The translations under genes and the position numbers were made by a program. The notes beneath the pieces were generated by a model, which did no database searches, was not told the DNA's origin, and worked only from the letters and a program-made list of their open reading frames with translations. From assembly GCA_016297915.1 (NCBI GenBank), contig JAEDFU010000005.1:5546-69545 (forward strand): DNA of 64,000 bases, read 5' to 3'. Source of the DNA: Clostridia bacterium. GTDB lineage: Bacteria; Bacillota; Clostridia; Christensenellales; UBA1242. Positions 39,247-46,250 of the stretch are shown one piece after another. The stretch's first letter is position 1. Every line of letters begins with the position of its first letter.

Positions 39247-39375
39247 ATTTCACCTAACTTCATGAAGTATTATACATCAAAAATACTTTTAATACAAACA
39301 ATTCTTGGAATGAAATTTGGGGACTTTGTGTCAAATATCAATAGACTATTAATTTTATATTACTTTGCAAAAATT

Positions 39376-39780
39376 CTATTTGTCGTCTTTGTTGCAATTG
39401 CAATCGTCTTTGCAGTCACAATCCTTGCCACTCTTGCAATCACAGTTTTCTTGCTTTTCCTCTTTTTTGTCAATGGCAAAATCTTCCGAACTTTCTGCTT
39501 TGGCAAGAATTTTATCTTTTTCCTTTTCTTTCTTTTCTTCCATGTATGCGTTATATTCTTTGTTTGCTTTTTTGAAAGATACTACAAATTTTCCTTTGTT
39601 TTTGATAAGGTTGACTGCAACTATAATGCTTGCAATTCCTACTAGTGTGTATATAAGCCTACTAAATACATTTGATTGAGAACCAAATAGTCCTGCAACA
39701 AAGTCGTATTGCAAAATTCCTATACAAAACCAGTTTAGTGACCCTATGATTACTAGTATAAATGATATAAATGCTAACAT
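39376..39780 (-). CDS. DUF378-family small membrane protein with Lys/Glu-rich and Cys-rich C-terminal extension
   Basis: IIGSLNWFCIGILQYDFVAGLFG DUF378 core. Tail ends NCDCKSGKDCDCKDDCNCNKDDK. Confidence 0.7.
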   Translation of the reverse strand: MLAFISFILVIIGSLNWFCIGILQYDFVAGLFGSQSNVFSRLIYTLVGIASIIVAVNLIKNKGKFVVSFKKANKEYNAYMEEKKEKEKDKILAKAESSEDFAIDKKEEKQENCDCKSGKDCDCKDDCNCNKDDK

Positions 39781-39945
39781 AAATTATCTCCTTGATTTTT
39801 TGTTATATCTTAATTTGTGCAATATATTTGATTTTATGCCAAATCATCGTGCCAACATAAACTTTTTGTACGGATGACTAGATTGACTAGACATCCAAAA
39901 AATGCATATCTGCAAGCGACCAAATATAGCCAAAAAATGTATGCG

Positions 39946-40013
39946 TTCCCTCTAGCAGGGAATTTGCAAAACCAAATTCCCAAAGGCACAAACAAAGTGG
40001 GGAATTTATTTTT
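39946..40013 (+). promoter_or_regulatory. Four-segment attenuator-like element ending in an intrinsic terminator
   Basis: Segments: seg1 TTCCCT 39946-51, seg2 AGGGAATTTG 39957-66, seg3 CAAATTCCC 39973-81, seg4 GGGGAATTT 39999-40007 plus ATTTTT. The 1:2, 2:3 and 3:4 pairings are mutually exclusive. Confidence 0.5.
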
Positions 40014-40150
40014 GAAATCGTCTTGTAAATTTGGAATATTTTGACTATGCTAGTATTAGAATTTAATTGCATGCAAATTTTGTTATGGCAACTAGTTCTT
40101 ACAAAACAAATTTGAAATTAAAATGAAATCGAGTTTTTAAGGAGAATATT

Positions 40151-41215
40151 ATGGAAAAATCAAAAAAATCATCTTTTAAACATATAACACTTTTTAAACC
40201 AGCACAAAAGTTAATCCCAATCTTTTTTGCAACAGACGACAACTATATTCCTTTTTTGGAAGTTGCACTAAGGTCGCTTATTGAAAATGCCTCACCAAAT
40301 CATGATTACAAAATCCATATTTTAAATACAGGACTCAAGCCCGAAAATATGGCAGTGATATCTAAACTTGAAAATGAAAATTTCAATATAGAATTTAATG
40401 ATATATCTAATTGCATTGACCCTATCAAAAAACAACTAAAGAATGTCTATCACTTTAGCCTAGTTATGTATTACAGATTGTTTATCGAAAAACTTTTTCC
40501 TGAGTATCAAAAGGTTATCTATCTTGATTGTGATATTGTTGTCCTTGGAGATATCTCCAAATTATTTGGTGTTAATCTAAATGGTAATTTGGTCGGTGCA
40601 ATCCAAGAGCAGGTAATTAATAGTAATGAGACTTTTAAGTCATATGCACTAAATGCAGTAGGCGTTGCTCCAGAAAAGTATTTTAACTCTGGAATACTCC
40701 TTATGAATCTCAAAAAATTTAGAGAAAACTCCATTTGCGAAAAATTTATGTATCTTATCGATACTTACAACTTTGATGTTGTTGACCCTGACCAAGCTTA
40801 TTTGAATGTCCTTTGCAAAGACAAAGTTAAGTATTTGCCAAACGGTTGGAACAAAGAGGCTTTGCCACTAGACCTTCAAGGAAAATTAAATATTGTCCAT
40901 TATGCTCTATACAAAAAACCTTGGCAGTATGACGATGTTATCAATGGTGAGTATTTTTGGCATTATGCAGATAAGTGTGAGATGAAGGACCAAATATATT
41001 TGGCAAAAAATAATTTTGACGATGAGGCAAAAAGGAAAAAAGAAACTGCTAATATTCAAATAGTAGAACACGCTCTAAAAATTATTAATTCAGATTCTAA
41101 TATGAATATGGTGTTATTCAAAAAAGAAAACTTTTTTGAAAATATTTTGGAAAAACTCAAGAGTTTAAATTTCGATTTCTTATCCGAAATCGAGGTGCAA
41201 AATGGAAAAATCTAA
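40151..41215 (+). CDS. GT8-family glycosyltransferase
   Basis: IPIFFATDDNYIPFL, YLDCDIVVLGD (DxD) and FNSGILLMNLKKF motifs. AAGGAG RBS. Confidence 0.8.
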   Translation: MEKSKKSSFKHITLFKPAQKLIPIFFATDDNYIPFLEVALRSLIENASPNHDYKIHILNTGLKPENMAVISKLENENFNIEFNDISNCIDPIKKQLKNVYHFSLVMYYRLFIEKLFPEYQKVIYLDCDIVVLGDISKLFGVNLNGNLVGAIQEQVINSNETFKSYALNAVGVAPEKYFNSGILLMNLKKFRENSICEKFMYLIDTYNFDVVDPDQAYLNVLCKDKVKYLPNGWNKEALPLDLQGKLNIVHYALYKKPWQYDDVINGEYFWHYADKCEMKDQIYLAKNNFDDEAKRKKETANIQIVEHALKIINSDSNMNMVLFKKENFFENILEKLKSLNFDFLSEIEVQNGKI

Positions 41216-42029
41216 GGAAAGACTCGAGATTCTTGCAAAAATTGATGAGCTTGAAAAAAATAAACTTTGGGACATATCTCCCGAAAATGATCCTGAGACC
41301 AAAGAATTAAAACCCAACAAAGTAGACTATCTAAACAAGAAATTGTCCTCCAAAATAGCAACGCTTATTGCCAATAGAATGGGCACAAATTACTTTGAAA
41401 AAATGCTAAAGTCCAAGCAAATGATAATAGACAAAGTTGTGGGAATAGAAAATTATTTGGCGGTAGATGGCGGAGCTATAATAACTTGCAATCACTTTCA
41501 CCCTTGTGATAATTATGCTGTATATAGAGCGATTAGACCTTATCTAAATGGTCGAAAATTATACAAGGTTATAAGAGAGGGGAATTATACAAATTATCCA
41601 AATCCAATTGGCTTTTTCTTTAGACATTGTAACACGCTTCCACTAAGTTCTAATATGGAGACCATGAAGAACTTTATGTATGCTATGAAAACACTTCTTG
41701 GCAGGGGCGAAAAAATTTTGATATATCCAGAGCAAGCATTGTGGTGGAACTATCGAAAACCAAGACCATGCAAAGATGGTGCGTACAAGTTTGCCGTAAA
41801 TAATGGCGTTCCTATAATTCCTATGTTTATTACAATGACTGACTCGGATATCTTAGACCCAAATGGATTTTTTGTACAAAAGTACACAATCAATATTATG
41901 CCTGCAATTTATCCAAACAATGATTTGGACAAAAAAACTAACATAGCAAACATGAAAGAACAAAATTATAATGCATGCGTCAAGACCTATGAGGATTTTT
42001 ACAAAGTTAAATTGGAGTACTTGCAGTAG
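41202..42029 (+). CDS. PlsC-like (lysophospholipid) acyltransferase
   Basis: NHFHPCDNY (HX4D) and IYPEQALWW (FPEGT-like) motifs. Overlaps the end of the GT8 gene by 14 nt. Confidence 0.7.
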   Translation: MEKSKERLEILAKIDELEKNKLWDISPENDPETKELKPNKVDYLNKKLSSKIATLIANRMGTNYFEKMLKSKQMIIDKVVGIENYLAVDGGAIITCNHFHPCDNYAVYRAIRPYLNGRKLYKVIREGNYTNYPNPIGFFFRHCNTLPLSSNMETMKNFMYAMKTLLGRGEKILIYPEQALWWNYRKPRPCKDGAYKFAVNNGVPIIPMFITMTDSDILDPNGFFVQKYTINIMPAIYPNNDLDKKTNIANMKEQNYNACVKTYEDFYKVKLEYLQ

Positions 42030-42049
42030 TCTAAAAAAAAGGATAAAAT

Positions 42050-42628
42050 ATGATTTTGTATCTATCTATAATAATTGTTTCGATGATAATTATAACTATC
42101 TTTAATGCAGTTTTTAATTTGCAAAACTTCTCTGGTAATGTATTAATTGTAATTGCTTGTGTAACGGTTGCAACATTGATAGAAATAGTGATTGACCTTA
42201 TTTTGGCGTGGATTATACATTCTCAAAAAGATAAATATTTCGAAAATAAAAGATTTTTTGAAGTTAGTGCCAAAGAGCGAAAATTTTATGAAAAACTCAA
42301 AATTAGATCATGGAAAGACAAGATTTTGGAACTGGGCTCACTTGGTGGATTCAAGAAAAGCAAACTAACAAGTTCAAGTGATATTAATTATATCAATACA
42401 TTTTTGATGGAGTGTTATAAGGGGCAGATTGTACATATATTCAATGTTATATTGGGATTTTTGATTCTTTTGATTCCCCCATACAAGTGGACTTGGTGTG
42501 TAGCACTTCCTGTAGCTATCGTAAATGCTTTTTTGGGAATTTTGCCTATATTTGTTCTTAGATACAATGTTCCAAAACTACTTGCTGCCAAAACTAGATT
42601 GACAAGACAAAAAACAAGCACAAAATAA
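42050..42628 (+). CDS. CrtO-like membrane glycosyl-acyltransferase family protein
   Basis: KDKYFENKRFFEVSAKERKFYEKLKIRSWKDKILE, ECYKGQIVH and VLRYNVPKL resemble, from memory, the glycosyl-4,4'-diaponeurosporenoate acyltransferase family. Confidence 0.45.
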   Translation: MILYLSIIIVSMIIITIFNAVFNLQNFSGNVLIVIACVTVATLIEIVIDLILAWIIHSQKDKYFENKRFFEVSAKERKFYEKLKIRSWKDKILELGSLGGFKKSKLTSSSDINYINTFLMECYKGQIVHIFNVILGFLILLIPPYKWTWCVALPVAIVNAFLGILPIFVLRYNVPKLLAAKTRLTRQKTSTK

Positions 42629-42646
42629 TTTTTGTGCTTGTTTTTG
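42613..42646. terminator. Intrinsic terminator with the stop codon in its loop
   Basis: ACAAGCACAAAA-taa-TTTTGTGCTTGT followed by a T-run. Confidence 0.7.
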
Positions 42647-42650
42647 TAGA

Positions 42651-42914
42651 TTATATGCCTTTGTATGTCTCCAAGATGAGTTTATCAAAAAATATCTTTT
42701 CCACAAAGTCAGATTTGACAAAAGTAACTGTGCTAAAGACGATAAAGTCTCTGATGTGTTTGGCTAGTATTACAGGTGTAGGACTATCAAAGTGCTCACA
42801 AATTTCTCTTACATAATCAAAAAAGTGGTCAATCTCAAAATCCTCGTCTATTTCAAACTTAAAAGTTTTTTTGACTTTTTCGTTTACTATGGTTTTTGCA
42901 AATATTTTAACCAT
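42651..42914 (-). CDS. Small hypothetical protein
   Basis: AGAGGTAGGA RBS before ATG 42914. No motif recognised. Confidence 0.4.
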   Translation of the reverse strand: MVKIFAKTIVNEKVKKTFKFEIDEDFEIDHFFDYVREICEHFDSPTPVILAKHIRDFIVFSTVTFVKSDFVEKIFFDKLILETYKGI

Positions 42915-43040
42915 TCCTACCTCTTGCACTTAAAATTACATATAAGTTTAACACATTTTGCAAAAAAATCATACAAAAGATAAAACATTTGCATAAAAAT
43001 TTATTATCCTCATACAATAATTATAATTTGCAAAAAATAC

Positions 43041-43069
43041 TTGACAATTGTTTGCATTTATTATATAAA
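43041..43069 (+). promoter_or_regulatory. Promoter for greA (TTGACA-17-TATAAA)
   Basis: Hexamers at 43041-43046 and 43064-43069. This gives a leader of about 125 nt. Confidence 0.55.
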
Positions 43070-43201
43070 ATATAGAATAAATTTAGGAAAGTGATTTTAT
43101 TTTCTTTGATTTATTTTTTTAATTGAATACATGGGGTAAAATCTGTAAAAAGAATTGGTCTTTTGACGGATTTTAATTTTTTAACCCAAAGGAGACAAAT
43201 T

Positions 43202-43672
43202 ATGGCAGAAGTGTATTTAACCAAAGAAGCATACAAGGAATTAGAAGACAAACTTGCTAGACTAAAGAGTGAAGGCAGAGTAGAAGTTGCCAAAAAAATT
43301 CAATTTGCAAGGTCTTTTGGAGATATAAGTGAAAACAGCGAGTACGACGCAGCAAGAGAAGAAGAGGCAATTTTGGAACAAGAAATCGTCCAAATTGAGG
43401 AAACATTGCGTAACGCTCAAATAATTTCAAAGAGTGCTAATGATACATCAAAAGTAGGAGTTGGCGCACTAGTTGAGCTATATGATATGGAGTTTGACGA
43501 AAAAATGACTCTTAAGATTATGGGTAGTATCGAGAGCGACCCTACTAGTGGCAAAATTAGCAACGAAAGTCCTCTTGGCAAGGCTTTGATTGGTGCATCC
43601 AAGGGTCAGGAAGTTGATGTTACAACTCCAGCAGGTGTTCAAAGATACAAAGTATTGTCTATCAAATATTAA
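43202..43672 (+). CDS. greA: Transcription elongation factor GreA
   Basis: MAEVYLTKEAYKELEDKLARLK coiled coil with DISENSEYDAAREE acidic tip. AAAGGAG RBS before ATG 43202. Confidence 0.9.
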   Translation: MAEVYLTKEAYKELEDKLARLKSEGRVEVAKKIQFARSFGDISENSEYDAAREEEAILEQEIVQIEETLRNAQIISKSANDTSKVGVGALVELYDMEFDEKMTLKIMGSIESDPTSGKISNESPLGKALIGASKGQEVDVTTPAGVQRYKVLSIKY

Positions 43673-43687
43673 TTGTATGCAGTTTTT

Positions 43688-43724
43688 GCGTGTGAATAAT
43701 CAAGTTATTCATACGCATTTTTTG
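43688..43724 (+). terminator. greA intrinsic terminator
   Basis: GCGTGTGAATAA-tcaag-TTATTCATACGC followed by ATTTTTTG. Confidence 0.7.
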
Positions 43725-43905
43725 TTTGTTTTTTACTTCTTTTGTGAATGTGGGCTCTTTTGTATAACACCAAAGTGATTTAATTTGGATAAGTAAGTTC
43801 CTGCAACAAATGTTTTTTTGTAAATATTGCTTAAAAGTATTGACTTTTGTATAATATTATGATAAACTATTTTTGTTATTTTATTAAACCTTAGGGGGAA
43901 TAAAG

Positions 43906-44001
43906 TTGAGAATTTGTCATAAATTCAAGATTTACAAAAAAATAACTAAACGAAACGGTGATTATCAACAAAGGCTGGTACTTAAGATCGCACATGAATG
44001 A
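43906..44001 (+). CDS. Candidate 31-codon leader ORF upstream of helD (TTG start)
   Basis: GGGGGA RBS at 43894-43899, then TTG 43906. Peptide MRICHKFKIYKKITKRNGDYQQRLVLKIAHE. The 3' part lies in the 5' arm of the following hairpin. Confidence 0.25.
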   Translation: MRICHKFKIYKKITKRNGDYQQRLVLKIAHE

Positions 44002-44022
44002 TTTTGAGTGCTAGCCTTTTTT
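43973..44022 (+). terminator. Terminator-like hairpin in the helD leader
   Basis: GGCTGGTACT (43973-82) pairs 8/10 with AGTGCTAGCC (44007-16), followed by TTTTTT (44017-22). Confidence 0.4.
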
Positions 44023-44060
44023 GATTGTCGCCAAATTTTTTTATAAATGGAGGTGTTTTT

Positions 44061-46124
44061 ATGAGTTTGGAGTACGAAAGAAAAAAATACAAGGTGCTCA
44101 AGGGTATGTTTGATGCGTACAAAAAGGAACTATTAGCAAATAGGCTTGTAGCCCTTGATATGCCAATTGAGACGGACAATGGATTTAATGTTGAGAGGGA
44201 AACTTTAATTGATGATATTGACGAAAAGCTTGAAATCCTCAAGAGACATATTGATGATCCGTATTTTGCTAAACTAATATTTAGTGACAATGACGATGGT
44301 GAGACTTTTAATGGTTACATAGGCAGGCTTAGTGTTGGAGAGGTTGGCTCAAAGGATGATAGCAAGGTTGTTGACTGGCGTGCACCGATATCTGACTTAT
44401 ATTACAATGGACATTTGGGCGATACTAGTTACAAAGCTCTTGGCAAAGAGTACAATGTTAACCTCAAGCTCAAGAGACAAATTGAAATCAAAGACAACGA
44501 TGTCAAATCTATTTATGACTTTGAAGATGCTGTAAGTTCGGACGAATTTCTTAAGCCATTTTTGAAACAAGGTGCAGATAATAGGCTAAAAAGTATAGTT
44601 GCAACAATACAAGCTGAACAGAATAATATTATAAGACTTCCGTTATTTCAAAATTGTATCGTTCAAGGTGTCGCAGGCTCTGGAAAGACAACGGTTGCAT
44701 TACATCGAATTTCTTATCTTATGTACAATTACAAAAACAAAATTCGCCCTGAGGAATTTTTGATAATTTCGCCAAACGAAATATTTATGAGTTATATCTC
44801 ATCAATTCTGGTGGACTTGGATGCAGACAAATCTAATAGCTATTCGCTAAACAAAGTTATTCTTAATCTTATAGGCAACAAATATTCAATTTTGAATAAA
44901 CACGAACAATTTGAATATCTAACCAAACAAAAAGTAAGTACAAATTATTTAACACAAAAAAATAGTCTTGAGTTCAAACAGATTCTGGACAAATTCTGTG
45001 CGGATTACAAGTATGAGATATTCCACCGACCATTGCTTGTAGGTGGTGTGGAAATATTGGATGCGGACACTGTCTACAAATACTTTTTGGGAAGAGAAGA
45101 GACTTTTGAGGAACTCTCGGAGCATGGGAGCAAAAAGTTGGGGCTTGCACTCTACTATGAGGATGCTCTCAAAAACAAAGCTCTGTCTCAAGTAAATTTT
45201 TCAAACTTGGATATCACCAAAAAAGAGCAAACACGAAAAATTATAACATCCGGAAATTATGGATTTATCAAAAAGTTATTCAAAATCGAAAAAGACCCAA
45301 TCAAACTATACACAAAGTTTATAAGCGGTATTGCAAAATATATTGATAGTACTCAAGCAGAGATTTTGAAAAAATATACTCTCAAAAATATTAAGCACTG
45401 CAAACTTGCTTTTGATGATCTAGCTCCGCTCTTGTATTTGATTTCCAAAATGGACAAACTTCCATATTACAATAGTCTCAAGTGTGTAATGATAGACGAA
45501 GCTCAGGATTTGAGTGTTCTTATTTATCATGCACTCAAGAGTGTATTCAAAAATGCAACATTTGCAATTTTTGGAGACCTCGCACAAGGTATATATTCCT
45601 ATCAGTCGATAGACAATTGGGAGCAAGTTCAAGACATTATTGGTGACTGTCAAATTCTTTATCTTAACAAGTGCTATCGTACATCTGTTGAGATTATGGA
45701 GGAGGCAAACAAAACTCTTGAAAAATTAGGTAGCAGACCTGCAAGTAATGTGGTGCGAAATGCAGGTCCTGTTGAGCATTATGACGATAATAATATTGAA
45801 ACAATAGGCAAGCTTATTGAGAAATATAAATCAGAGTTTAAAACTATTGCAATTATCTGCAAGGATGAATTTGACCTTGAAGATGCAACCCAAAAACTCC
45901 AAGCTCTAAACTTAACAGTCTTGGATGAGAGTAATATAAACTATGGCGCTAGCAACAAATTACTTATGACCGTTCAAACGGCTAAGGGTTTGGAATTTGA
46001 TATGGTTATAATCTATAATCGCCAAGCGTTTGAGGATAATATAATGGATTTGAGACTTTTGTATGTAGCGTCGACTAGACCACTTCACAAACTTATCATT
46101 TGTAACGAAAGTAGCACAAAATAA
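44061..46124 (+). CDS. helD: UvrD-like helicase of the HelD (RNA polymerase recycling) type
   Basis: Walker A GVAGSGKTTVALHRISYL; VMIDEAQDL; C-terminal LYVASTRPLHKL. ATG 44061 follows the AATGGAGGTG RBS. Confidence 0.65.
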   Translation: MSLEYERKKYKVLKGMFDAYKKELLANRLVALDMPIETDNGFNVERETLIDDIDEKLEILKRHIDDPYFAKLIFSDNDDGETFNGYIGRLSVGEVGSKDDSKVVDWRAPISDLYYNGHLGDTSYKALGKEYNVNLKLKRQIEIKDNDVKSIYDFEDAVSSDEFLKPFLKQGADNRLKSIVATIQAEQNNIIRLPLFQNCIVQGVAGSGKTTVALHRISYLMYNYKNKIRPEEFLIISPNEIFMSYISSILVDLDADKSNSYSLNKVILNLIGNKYSILNKHEQFEYLTKQKVSTNYLTQKNSLEFKQILDKFCADYKYEIFHRPLLVGGVEILDADTVYKYFLGREETFEELSEHGSKKLGLALYYEDALKNKALSQVNFSNLDITKKEQTRKIITSGNYGFIKKLFKIEKDPIKLYTKFISGIAKYIDSTQAEILKKYTLKNIKHCKLAFDDLAPLLYLISKMDKLPYYNSLKCVMIDEAQDLSVLIYHALKSVFKNATFAIFGDLAQGIYSYQSIDNWEQVQDIIGDCQILYLNKCYRTSVEIMEEANKTLEKLGSRPASNVVRNAGPVEHYDDNNIETIGKLIEKYKSEFKTIAIICKDEFDLEDATQKLQALNLTVLDESNINYGASNKLLMTVQTAKGLEFDMVIIYNRQAFEDNIMDLRLLYVASTRPLHKLIICNESSTK

Positions 46125-46250
46125 TGTATTCCAAAAAATTCTACAAAATTATATAAAAACACTGTAATAATTTGTCTTAAGTGTTTTGCATGATTGGAGA
46201 CAGTGTTGCTAAAATCAAAGTGGATGTAATTATTCACTTTTTTTTGAGGT

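Noticed and set aside
44003-44016. CIRCE (HrcA) element, because of GAGTGCTAG upstream of helD.
   Set aside because: Only one imperfect half-site is present. There is no TTAGCACTC partner 9 nt upstream.
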